Shown here one piece after another: positions 41,233 through 52,190 of a stretch of 64,000 bases of DNA. A program made the translations under genes and the position numbers. Positions within the stretch are counted from its first letter, which is position 1. Every line of letters begins with the position of its first letter. Origin of the DNA: Felis catus (taxonomy: Eukaryota). The stretch spans positions 1,924,001 to 1,988,000 of the forward strand of contig NC_058369.1 of the NCBI RefSeq assembly GCF_018350175.1. Direction: 5' to 3'. Under the pieces are notes generated by a model. The model was given only the letters and a program-made list of their open reading frames with translations. It made no database searches and was not told the DNA's origin.

Positions 41233-41613
41233 TTGGGGGGGGGGGCCACCTGGCTGGCTCAGTCGGTTCACTGTCCATCTTTGGCTCAGGTCATGGTCTC
41301 ACGGTCCATGGGTTTGAGCCCTGCATCGGACTCTGTGCTGACAGCTTGGAGCCTGTTTTGGATTCTGTGTCTCCCTCTCTCTCTGCCCCTCACTCATGCT
41401 CTCTCTCTGCCTCTTAAAAAGAAATAAACATTATTTTTAATGTGAGTGTGAGGAGAGGAGAGGCAGAGAGAGAGGGGAGACACAGAATCCGAAACAGGCT
41501 CCAGGCTCTGAGCTGTCAGCACAGAGCGCGACCTGGGGCTCAAACCCACAAACTGGGAGATCGTGACTTGACCAAAGTCAGCCGCTTAACTGACTGAGCC
41601 GCCCCGGCGCCCC
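41233..41613. mobile_element. Tail-to-tail CAN-SINE pair (+ 41233-41430, - 41432-41613)
   Basis: Two opposite copies. Confidence 0.88.
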
Positions 41614-42099
41614 TAACTCTCTGGGTTTTCTAGGTCACGGTGCCTTCCGTTCTCAGGAAGTAGGCCCCAAGTAGGAAGTAGGCCCCAAGTCATGTTCTTG
41701 TCTAGCCTGACCACAGTCCACATCCTGGATGAGCTCGGGACAGAGCCCCTTGAAAACCTGTCACCTCCTGCTCCACCCTGCCCAGGATCCACCCCTTCCC
41801 CCACCCTCCACTGTGGACACAGCTACAACCTTCTCATGCCCTAAAAAACCCTTAAAAGGCCCAGCCTGCCAGGAACCAGGGCCGACATTTCTCTAGATGT
41901 CCGGTCCCTCTCCTCCCTTGGAGACAGAATCAGCTCCATCCCGCTTGTGGCTCTGCTGTCTCTGCACATCCTCACTGCCTGTGTCACCGGCCAACCCCAC
42001 ACGGCTAGCATGGCCTTCTATGTTTCAAAGTCTTTTAGGACCACGTTCAGACAGTGATCCCAAATAAATTTCTTTCCAGTGTGAAATGTCCACTTGAAA

Positions 42100-42306
42100 T
42101 TTTTTTTTTTAATGTTTATTTTTGAGAGACAGAGAGACAGACAGCAAGGGAGGGTCAGAGAGAGAGGGAGACACAGAATCCGAAGCAGGCTCCAGGCTCT
42201 GAGCTGTCAGCACAGAGCCCGACATGGGGCTCGAACCCATGAAACGGTGAGATCATGACTTGAGCCTAAATCGGACGCTCAACTGACTGAGCCACCTAGG
42301 CACCCT
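42100..42306 (-). mobile_element. CAN-SINE
   Basis: Full-length minus-strand copy. Confidence 0.9.
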
Positions 42307-42374
42307 GTAAAATTTTTTAAGTACATGTCATATCTGTGGTTGTTTGAAGAGTTCCGGCTTCTGGGCCTGGGTTC

Positions 42375-42764
42375 TGTTAAAAATAAGACCACAAGTCCGA
42401 AATGGAATCACTTGCTAAGTTCCTTGTCACCAGACCAAGAGTTAACTTAATTGCAGTTTCGGCCTCTCCCAGAAATGGAATCTTAAACCAGTCAATCAGG
42501 AAGGACCTGGTCAGCACTAGTGAGGTCGCCGGGCTGCTAGACCCCTGCCCTCCCGGAAGGAAAGGTGACCTCCCACCATCCATCCACTTTTTGTCTAATA
42601 GAACTTCCTGTCCCCACTCCTCCTGCCTGTGAGCCTTTCATTTTGTGCAGCTCCTCCGAGCTCCCTTGTATCCGCGAGATGGCATGCTGCCCGATTCATG
42701 AATCATTGAATAAAGCCAACAAAGATCTTTAAAATGAATTCAGTTGAGTTTTGCTTTTTAAACA
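42375..42764 (+). mobile_element. Solo ERV1 LTR (390 bp)
   Basis: TGTTAAAAA...TTTTTAAACA; 4-bp TSD GTTC at 42371-42374 and 42765-42768; AATAAA 42709-42714. Confidence 0.9.
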
Positions 42765-44159
42765 GTTCCAACTTCCCGTGAGCACCAAGCTCTCAGGAAG
42801 CTGTGGGTTTCCTGATTTAAAGTGCATGTATGTCCAAAAAAACAAAAAACAGAAAACAAAAACTTGGATGTGTCATAAGGACGAACTTGACTTAAGTAGG
42901 AACAAAATGAGCCCAGAAGTCTGCAAAGGTCTCGAGTCAGACAGAAAGGGGCTTTTCTTTTCCAGGTAAGAAGGGGAAAGTGCACTGATGAGGACAGACC
43001 GGAGGACAGCAGGACCAGCGGGGTGGGGACAGGGCAGGGCGCCCTGTGGTCAACTTGTTCTCAGGAGAAACAGACCAGGAGCTGGTTCTCAGTCCCGGTG
43101 TTTGCTCAGTCCTGGGGGTGGCCCAAACTTTGGGGCCTGAATGGAGAGAACCTGATAACCAAGGGGCAAGAAATGAGATGTGGGGAACCCTTGGTCAAAC
43201 CCCAGATGCTGCGGAGGGCAGGGCTGGGCCTCAGGGTGTCCAAGGTCACATGTCAAAACAGCTGGGTCACTGTTGAGTGTCTTTGTTCCTAGAGGAAGGA
43301 CACAGAGCCACCAGGACCTCGTCCCCAGGCTGACCCCCGACCCCTGAAGTCTCCAGACCCTCCTGTCCCGTCCAGGCCTGTCCCCTCTTGTCCCAGCTCT
43401 GGACAAGGGGGCGCTCCGCAGGGACACTGAGTCAGGACTTCTGGTCCAGGAGGGGGATGTAAGTGGTTTCTGCCTCTGCGTCCTCGGCAGCAGGGTCCGG
43501 TTGCAGGAAGGCGGCCGGGCAGGGGAGGCTGGGGCCAGAACCCGAGTTCACGCGGGCTCAGCCATGTGCCTATCACGCAGGACCCACGAAGCACTCTCCA
43601 GTCAAGTTGGCCAGGCATGGAGAGCCAGGAGCCCTGACCAAACCCAGTGCCGGTGCTGGGGCGCTGCCCAGTGGGCGGACGTGGGGGCAACTTCCGAAGC
43701 TCTGTTGGGTCACAGCTTCTGGGAGGGGAGTGCAGATCGTTCAGGGTGCGGGGAGCTACAGCATCATCCAAGGGGGAGGTCTCCTAGCCTCGTGGACGTG
43801 GCTCTGTGCACCTGTCCTTGGGGCCCCAGGTGTCGCCACCATGTTACCCTCACCTGGTAGGACCAGGGAGACTGGGAGGGGCTGGTTCCCACTTGAGCGG
43901 GCTGGACGTGGCCGCAGCCTGGGTCTCCCAGGACTGTAGGGGTCCCCACCACAGTTTATGCCCCTGGCCGTGGGCTGGGGTCCCGGTATCCCGTCCATCC
44001 CCTCTTTCCACAGGGGTCTGCACTCCAGTCCTTGGCCGGGTGGCATCTGAGGGAGGACCAGAGGGCAGCAGGCACTGCCGGGAGGGGCTTGGGGGAGCCG
44101 TGGAAAGACCTGCCGTAACTGAGGCTGGAGGGAAGGGAGGGAGACTCAGGAGACAGACC

Positions 44160-44626
44160 AGTGTAAAGCCCTTTTGGTCTTAGGCTGACCCTTAACCTAA
44201 AACTCATCAGGTCATAAGAAGAGTCACATGATCTGACTCATGCAAAACCACAAGACCCTGCTCCCTCCAGCAGTAAAAGCCACAAAGGCTGGACATGCTG
44301 AAAATTGCCCGCTGTGGCTAGTTCCACAACCTTAAGACAAAGGAAAAACTCACCTCAATGATGAACCCAGAGTTAAAGAGTAAGTTCTTTTCTGTACGGT
44401 TAGCTAATTAAAATAAAATAAAATAAAACAAACTTATAAAAGTTTGGTTAGAGGCAAGGGAGGGTTGTCTTCTGGGTCATCTGGGAGGAGAGGCCATCAT
44501 TGTGTGAAGGATCTCCTTTCTTACCTCAATCCTTAGTGAATCTTTGTCCCTTTCCTTAAATGGCTTGCCCTTGAATTTCTTGTGCAAAGCCAAGATCCCT
44601 CTCAGGGCCTTGCTGCTCTGACATCA
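44160..44626 (+). mobile_element. Probable old ERV LTR
   Basis: LTR-like 3' part GGCTTGCCCTTGAATTTCTT...AAGCCAAGATCCCTCTC ending GACATCA; ends uncertain. Confidence 0.45.
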
Positions 44627-44759
44627 TAACTGAACCCACGACCTTTTCCCCACTGGCAGCAAAGCTGATCGCGGAGTCTTGGAGCATGCAGCCAGGACGC
44701 CTGGTTTTAAGAGCCAAGCCGCCCGATAGGAAGCTGGCTCAAGTCTGTCTCCCACAACT

Positions 44760-45770
44760 GACAGTAGAGTCAATCTTTGTGCATCAAAGGACACTATCAA
44801 GGGAGTGAAAAGACACCCGCAAAAATGGGAGAACATTTTTACATCACTTATGCGATAAGACTTTATTAACTGGAATACACAGACGGCCCTTATATCTGCA
44901 ACACAGAGCGTGAAAAAAATCTGGTTAAAACTGAGCAAAACCTTGAACAGCCATTTCTCTTAAGATGATGCACAAATGGGGGCGCCTGGGTGGCGCAGTC
45001 GGTTAAGCGTCCGACTTCAGCCAGGTCAGGATCTCGCGGTCCGTGAGTTTGAGCCCCGCGTCGGGCTCTGGGCTGATGGCTCGGAGCCTGGAGCCTGTTT
45101 CCGATTCTGTGTCTCCCTCTCTCTCTGCCCCTCGCCCGTTCATGCTCTGTCTCTCTCTGTCCCAAAAATAAATATGTGTTGAAAAAAAATAAAAAAAAAA
45201 AGATGATGCACAAATGTCTAATAGACACATGAAACGATCCTCCCATCAGGACGATGCGAGTCAGAAGCACGATGAGATGCCACTTCCCACTCACGAGGAC
45301 GGCTAGGAGCCAGAATCCAGAAAAGATGTGGATGGAGAAAGCGGAACCCTGCGCTTGGCTGGTGGGAGTGTCAGGGCAGCTGACGTGGAAAAAAGTTTGG
45401 TGGTTCCTCAAGAAGTGAAACACAGAACGGCAGTGTGACCCAAGTGTTTCAGGCCTACGTAAACGGAAACAGACACTCAGATGTGTGCCCATGAGTGCCA
45501 GGTGCAAAACTGTGCGTTCCCCGCAAAAGAGGGAAACGTCCCAAGTGTCCCCCAGTGCGTGGATGGATGAACCGGGTGTGGCATAGACACAGGACGGACG
45601 GTGATTCAGCCCCAGAGAGGAATGAAGGACAGACACATCATGCACGTGAACGTATGGTGACAGTGTTATACCACGTGGAAGACACCAGCCACACCAGGCC
45701 ACATGGTGTGAGTCACATTAAATAGGCAGAGTGGGCAAATCCGCAGAGACACGAAGTATTTCAACAGTGC
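44760..45770 (+). mobile_element. Old L1 ORF2-end/3' UTR fragment with a nested young SINE
   Basis: GCATCAAAGGACACTATCAAG, ATGAGATGCCACTTCCCACTCAC, GGATGGATGAAC blocks. Confidence 0.7.
44977..45200 (+). mobile_element. Young SINEC_Fc-type SINE
   Basis: TSD AAGATGATGCACAAATG. Confidence 0.93.
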
Positions 45771-46149
45771 CCAGGAGGCATGATTTCCTGGCTATTGTGG
45801 CCTTTAAATTTGTTTAGGAAAATGGAGATATTCACATCCCATAGGGCTCACACTTGTAAGAGTAAAACCCAGCGTTCTTTTTATTTTGTGTGTTCCCAGA
45901 GCTGTCCCACATCAACATTCCACATCCACAGGGACTGATTACAAACTGGATCTGCCGTGACTTTCCTTGCAGAATATAGCGCACACCTGAGTATTGTAAC
46001 GTGTCACGCCTATGGCTGTGCCCAGCTGGGCACACAGGTAATGAAGCCACGTCCCCCGGGGGCTGAGGACCCAGGGCTTGTTTGGTCGACTGGAGGCCAG
46101 AGAGGTAGGGGTGGGGCCGGAGGGCGAGGCCTTGCGGTGTCCAAGGGTC

Positions 46150-47340
46150 AGGTCAAAATCTCGGGGGAGCTTGGCTTCCTTACGGTGACGTCACCGGTCA
46201 GTGAGCAGTTCCAAAACACAGGGGACAGGTGCACCGTTATGCTGTATGGGCCACGAACTGAAGGGTCACTGGGCCCTTCTATTCTGTCACATCCGGATCC
46301 GACGCCGCGTAAGGGAGGCTCCGCGGGGAAACTGAGTCAGATCCTCAGACAGAAGGAGGAGGAGACAGGCGGCTCAGTCCGCCTGGAGCGCATTCTACTG
46401 AGAGCCCACTTCGGGCGGGGGGATCGGACACGTGTGTACCGCCAGCCTGTCACTCAGGGGCAGGGGGCGGGCCTGGGAGGGGGAGGAAATCAGACGCGGG
46501 ACCAATATCCAATCAGATTCGGGGAGAATTATCTTCGGAACACCATCCAATCAGGCCGCAGGGACTGAAGGATCGCCCAATCAGGGCCCGGGACCTGCAC
46601 ACCACCCAATCAGGCCCGAGCGAGAGCCGGGTGGGTGTGGCTCTCAGCCGGGGCGGCTGTTGCAGTGGGATCCTGCGCTGCCGAGGTTGCGGGTGTGCGC
46701 GACGTAAGAGGACGCCCCGAGGGCGCGGAGCGGGGCCCCGAGATGGTGAGTGCGCGGGCCGGAGGGGCGGATGGGACCAGCCGGAACTAGGTGGAAGCGG
46801 CCGCGGCGGGGTGTCCGCGTCCCCAGGGGTCCGCACCTGGGCCCTGGGCGGTTGGAACTGAGAAGGGAGGCTGGGGGAGGGCAGGGGGGAGGGCGGGGGG
46901 GGGGAGGCCTGACTAAGCAGGAGTTTGCGCTCCTCGGTGGAGGACAGGTAGAGACTGTCCGGGTAAGTTGTCACATAAAGGAAACTATTTGTAGCCATAA
47001 GGCGGCCTCAGGAAATAGCTTCTGAATCCGCGACTCCCTAGCGGGGACGGGCGGTGGGGGTGGGGGGGAGCTCTGTCGGGGGCAGTCTAGGCGGGCGTGA
47101 GGTTGCTCGGAGCGAGCTGGAAGACGTGCCCAGAAAGCACGCGTGCAGTGTGACGGTCACGGAGCCAGAGCTGGTCCCGGGGGCTGAGACTTGGACGTTA
47201 GAATCCAGCGGAGGTAAGTGTGGGACGTGGGGCCGGGGCTGAGCGCGCGCTGAGGGAGCAGGTGCACGCGCATGGGGTCCTGGGCTGCGATCTCGGGTAA
47301 GAAATGCAGGGTTTTCTCACTTTGGAAACGGCGCGGAGAG
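46150..47340 (+). promoter_or_regulatory. CpG-island promoter with five CCAAT boxes, CRE and AP-1 sites
   Basis: CCAAT at 46502, 46509, 46547, 46577, 46606; TGACGTCA 46186-46193; TGAGTCA ~46333; GC boxes; dense CpG. Confidence 0.85.
46743..46745 (+). CDS. ATG-only coding end of exon 1 of a probable second KRAB-ZNF gene (exon ~46630-46745)
   Basis: ...GGCCCCGAG ATG|GTGAGT: start codon directly followed by a consensus donor, ~135 bp after the last CCAAT box. This is the phase-0 first exon that a D-S-V-starting KRAB-A exon requires. No downstream exon seen in the window. Confidence 0.65.
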
Positions 47341-47610
47341 TTTCACGGGTTTGGCTGTTTCCTGGCCTGGTGCAGACTGTCAGTCTTTGCTTCCACGCTG
47401 TTCCCTTCAAGTCGTAAATGGCTGAGATTGGTTTTCTGGTTTTCCATTTCTTTGTGATTCTGACGCGGACCAGGAAGTTCTGCAAGGGGTGTACTGGGCA
47501 ATTAGAGCCGGAGAGGCGTAGATCACGGAATGGAGCGGGGGTCCTAAAACGATTGCTTTTCTGGGCACCCCCTAAACCCGCTGAGCTTCCAGGGGGACCC
47601 AGGGTGGACC

Positions 47611-48201
47611 TGTCACCCAACCAACCTGAGTTCTCTGCTTGGTGAGTCAGAAACTGCTCCACACTGAGCAGTCCCAGGAAGAAAACTTTATTAGCAGCAG
47701 ATACAGAGATCAGTAGATCAGAGGAAATAACTTCCAAAGCCCTGACTCCCCGGAGGGAGGGTGGATGGGCTCTTCTGGTTTAGGGCTGGGATGGGTATTT
47801 CCATGGGGAAGCCTCCTCGTCCTGTGTGGGGTGGAAGGAGGGGTGCTGGAGGTGGGCCTTAGGGCAGCAGGCCTGTCCCCAGGAAGTAAGTCATGTACAG
47901 GAGGCTGTGCTCCTCCCCCAGTGGAGACTTCAGTGTGATAATGAGGTAAAGGTAATTGGTGGTCATTCCAGAGGTCCCTCCAGGTCCCTCTGCACAGACA
48001 GGAATCCTGGGGCTTCTCAAACTTGTTGGGGAGGTTGGGGCTCTGGAGATCTGGTGAGGGCAGTCGATGTGTGATCTGCTCCAGGGGCAGGTTCCTGTCA
48101 TTTGCCTGAGTTAAAAGGACAGCTGGAAAGGACAGCTTAGGGAAACGTGGGGCAAAGGTCTGTGAGTACAACCACATGGGCTTGGGGTCTAGCTGGTGAC
48201 A
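47611..48201 (-). mobile_element. Solo ERV1 LTR (591 bp) in the putative first intron
   Basis: TGTCACC...GGTGACA inverted ends; 4-bp TSD GACC at 47607-47610 and 48202-48205; minus-strand AATAAA at 47687-47692. Confidence 0.88.
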
Positions 48202-48559
48202 GACCTGAGAGATGACCTCAAATCTGCACCTGGCTGAGGACAGTTTATTACAATCGGTTCCAACAGGGACCTGCTCCCATCTGCGAGAGGGGGATGGGCA
48301 GGAAGGCCCAGTGTCAGGATCTGGCCCCTGTGGTGGAGGAAGGCCTCATTGGCTCACGTGCCCAGGGCCTTGTTCCTCAGCTCAGTGGATGCTCAGCGTG
48401 TGGGCCACCTGCAGTTCAGGGGCCTGTGGGGAGCACAGCGGCCTGGGCAAAGTTTGGGTAGGAAAGGGGCGGTCGTGGACAGTTGGTCAAACCAGTGTCA
48501 AAAGAAAAATCCAAGTTGAGTAAGGAGAGTCCTATACTGAGAAGAATGACTGCAAAGAA

Positions 48560-48990
48560 GGGGGAGGGGACTGTTGCATTAGGGGCAGGGGCTGTGCAGG
48601 GGGAGGGGGACTGTAGCATTAGTGGTGGGGGCTGTGCAGGGAGGCAGGGGGCTGTTGCACTAGGGACACGGGCTGTCCAGGGGGGCAGGGGGGGGCTATT
48701 GCATTAGGTGCAGGGGCTGAGAACAGAGTGGGGGGCAGTTGCATTAGGGGCAGGGGCTGTGCAGGGGGAAGGGAGGGCTGTTGCATTAGGATCAGGGGCC
48801 ATGCAGGGCACGGGGGGGCTGTTGCACTAGGGGCGGGGGCTGTGCAGGGGTGTAGGAGGACTGTTGCATTAGGGGCAGGGGCTGTGCAGGGGGAAGGGGG
48901 AGCAGTTGCATTAGGGGCAGGGGAGGCTGTCGCATTAGGGGCAGGGGCCGTGCAGGGGATCGGGGGGCAGTTGCATTTGGGGCAGGGGCT
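48560..48990. repeat. G-rich minisatellite, 11 units of ~41 bp
   Basis: Unit ~CTGTTGCATTAGGGGCAGGGGCTGTGCAGGGGGAAGGGGGG starting at 48571, 48611, 48652, 48696, 48736, 48778, 48819, 48861, 48903, 48927, 48968. Confidence 0.92.
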
Positions 48991-49349
48991 ACATCGACAC
49001 TGTGAGCCTAAGACCTGCGAGTGTCTCAAGAGTCGTGTAGAAGGTAGGAGAGGAGGAAAGAAACCAGGCGTGAGCAGGTGTGGTGCTGACGTTGGGGTTC
49101 CCTGAGACCAGCCTGTCCCCTGTCCCCCAGGAGGGGCTGTGTGTGGCTCAGGCTGAGAGCAAGCCCACGTTCAGGGGTCTGGAGGAAGGAGAGAAGCCAA
49201 AGCAAAGCGGGACCAGCCAGCATTTTGTGCCCCCTGGTCACGGGGACAAGCAGCTGAGCTGATCGCAGATGAGGCACAAAGTGTGGGTGTGGGGGGTCGG
49301 CGCGTGGCCCTGTCGTGGGTGAGCCAGGGGGACTTCCTGTCAGTCTTCT

Positions 49350-49570
49350 CTCTTTCTCTCTCTCTCTTTTTAAATTTATTTTATTTTGAGGCAGAGAGTG
49401 TGAGCAGGGGGAGGGGCAGAGAGACAGGGACAGAGAATCCCAAGCAGGCTCTGAACCCTCACTCAGAGCCCGATGTGGGGCTCGAACCCATGAACCATGA
49501 CGTCACCACCCTAACCAAAATCAAGACTCACATGATTTAACACTTAACCAACTGAACCACCCAGGAGCAC
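49350..49570 (-). mobile_element. CAN-SINE (older)
   Basis: Diverged minus-strand copy. Confidence 0.82.
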
Positions 49571-49924
49571 AGCACTCAGGTAGGCGTCTGCAGGTCACCT
49601 GTCACCTGTGAGCAGGACCTGTCACCCTGTCCAGCCCAGCACGGATGGCTCTGTCCTCCGCCAGCCTCGCGTTGAGCAGGTGTAAGACGCCCGAGTTCTT
49701 TCTGCCTCTTTTCTTCCCCTTCAGGGCAGAGGGTGGTAAGTGTGTCAGGTCGTTCCTGTCCCTGCTGACCCGGGTTACTGGGGGCTTTATCCAGAGAGCG
49801 TCCCCTGGGGAAAAGTGTCTCAGGACAGAACTGTCCTTCTCCATGAGGGTTGGGGGGGGGGGGGTCTGCAGGGGGCTCCACACCTTCATGCCAGGTGGGT
49901 GGAGTCATGGATCAGAGGATTCAT

Positions 49925-50127
49925 CCCAGGCACCTGGGTTGCTCAGTTGGTTGAGCAGCTGACTTCCCCTCAGGTCGTGATCTCCGGGTTTGTGAGGTCA
50001 AGGCCAGGCCTCACATCCAGCTCAATTCTGTCAGACTGTCAGTGGAGAATCCCTTTTCTCTCCCCCTCTCTCTGCCCCTTCCCTGCTTGTGCTGTCCCAA
50101 AAATATTAAAAAAAAAAAAAAAAAAAA
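49925..50127 (+). mobile_element. CAN-SINE (diverged)
   Basis: TSD GATTCATCC; long A tail. Confidence 0.82.
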
Positions 50128-51958
50128 GATTCATCCAAATGCTAGCGACGGTTCCATGCAGGGTCCAGGGTTGTAAAACTGTGATCCTGATCTGTCTCAC
50201 ATATTGCATATTGTAGCTCATGAGTAAGTTATATGTTAGTAGGAAACGCGGGTGCAGAGTCTGAACCACACGTCAGTGCTGGGTCCTGTCCCTTCTGGCT
50301 TCCTGTTTTCTAGTTCGCGGGTGTGACACGGGGTCTCCTGGACGTCGCACGTTGGTTTATCTGATTCCTCCCGGGCTGAGCATTTCTCACGTGTGGGTTT
50401 CCTCTTCCGTGGAAGCATTTCCAGCGTGTTGTCTCCTGTATCTCAAGGGTCTGCTTCCTGATGATCTGTTTCCTTCACGTCCCGGAGACATTTGTCTGTT
50501 TCATTTCTACGTGTTGTGTTTTGTCCAGGTCAGGGTGTGTCACTTCTCTGTGCTGTCTGCGTGGATGGACCCTTCACGTTGTTAGTAGACTTGAACTTCC
50601 CGGTCTCTTCCTGTGTAGATGACCTTCTTTTGTTCTGTGAGAAAACTCCTCCATCGCTCAGGTCTGATCACACGTGCTGGAACTTTTCTGTCCGTGTGTT
50701 CCTCTTGTTTCCAGTTAAATCCACCAGACTCGGTTATTGTCCGTGAATCTGATGATTCCTTTTACCCCTTAGATAACCAGCCTTCCCTGGCCCCATGTGT
50801 CCAAGTGTCCCCATCTCTGCTGATGCCCTGTGGCACCCGCTGAGCGTATACCCACTTGCTAGAGTCAGGGGCGCCTGTCTGTGCATTTCTTTGTCAATCA
50901 GGCTGTTTATCCGTCTGTCTGTTACTGCCTCGTGTTCTAGTTACTGGTAAGTTGTAAATTGAAACTGTCACTTACTTTACCCCCAAAACTGAGTTTGTTC
51001 CGGAACAGCAGGGAATTAATTCTGAACGTGTAAGATACACAGGACCACAGGCAGTTACTAGAACAGAGGAGAGGGACGCTCTGCTAGAGAGGCCAGCAGG
51101 GGCCGGGATGGAAACCCGGGATGCGGAAGAACCTAGAGCTGGAAGCACAGTGGCTCCCCGCTGGCAGGGCGGGGGTGGGGAGGCGGCGTCCCAGCCGAGG
51201 CAGGCTGGGCTTGCAGGGTGCCGGGCTTGCGGCTGGGGCCCCCGGTGAGGACGGGGCAGGACGCGAGGGCGCCCCCTGCCGGCCCCCCACTCCGTCCCTA
51301 AGGAGCTTTCCGTGGGCGAATCTCTCCATTTCCTCTGTTTGACCTCCGTGTTTCCTCGGAAGCATCTGCGAGCGAGAGGCGGGTTTGCTGTATTTAGTGG
51401 ATTTGTCCCTCAGCGCCAGGAAGGACGTCTCCCGCTTGGCGTGTCTCTGTTGGGGGGAAGGAGCAGAGCAGTGAAAACCAGTCGAGGCCACACCTGAGTG
51501 ACGGGGACGGTTCGGAGGGAGATGCCGTCAGACACTTGTCATCTAGGCCGGGTGCATCAGCAGTGTCAGCCTTGCAGAGCGTGTACTTGTATGAATCACA
51601 CGATTCACCGGCAATAAAATACGAAAGAAAAGTAGCATAACTCTATGGATTGTTCTAATCGGGGACCCCGGGTCTGAAGGCAGCCCACTGAAATGTTCAT
51701 TGGCACTTATTCCAACCCCGGGGAGAACGTTCTCCCTGTGGAGGCAGGCCCGGAGTCCTGCTTGCCTCCTGGAAGTCCCCGCCTGGGCCACCGTGAGGGC
51801 AGATGGTGAATCCCACGGACCCAGAGGGAGAGAACGAACCCAGGGCATTTGGGAGGAGACAGTGCCGGGAGGGGGGGGGGGGCGGGGACACAAAGCTTAG
51901 TGGTGAAGTTTCTGAAAAAGTAGCAAAACTTGAAAGATGTTTTAAAAAGTGTTCTCAA

Positions 51959-52190
51959 GGGGCGCCTGGGTGGCGCAGTCGGTTAAGCGGCCGACTTCAG
52001 CCAGGTCACGATCTCGCGGTCCGTGAGTTCGAGCCCCGCGTCAGGCTCTGGGCTGATGGCTCGGAGCCTGGAGCCTGTTTCCGATTCTGTGTCTCCCTCT
52101 CTCTCTGCCCCTCTCCCGTTCATGCTCTGTCTCTCTCTGTCCCAAAAATAAATAAACGTTGAAAAAAAAAATTAAGAAAAAAAAATAAAA
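51959..52190 (+). mobile_element. Young SINEC_Fc-type SINE
   Basis: TSD AAAAAGTGTTCTCAA. Confidence 0.93.

Noticed and set aside
42790..44200. GC-rich block with faint resemblance to 48450-49200, suggesting an old duplication
   Set aside because: Similarity by eye is too weak to support without an alignment.
45957..46998. Long GC-rich ORFs here and at 16282-16833, 25313-25840 and 43289-43939
   Set aside because: No recognisable domains; stop codons are simply scarce in GC-rich sequence.
48560..48990. Regularly spaced repeats as a CRISPR-like array or telomeric remnant
   Set aside because: Mammalian DNA, no unique spacers, and the TTAGGG cores are not tandem; it is a minisatellite.
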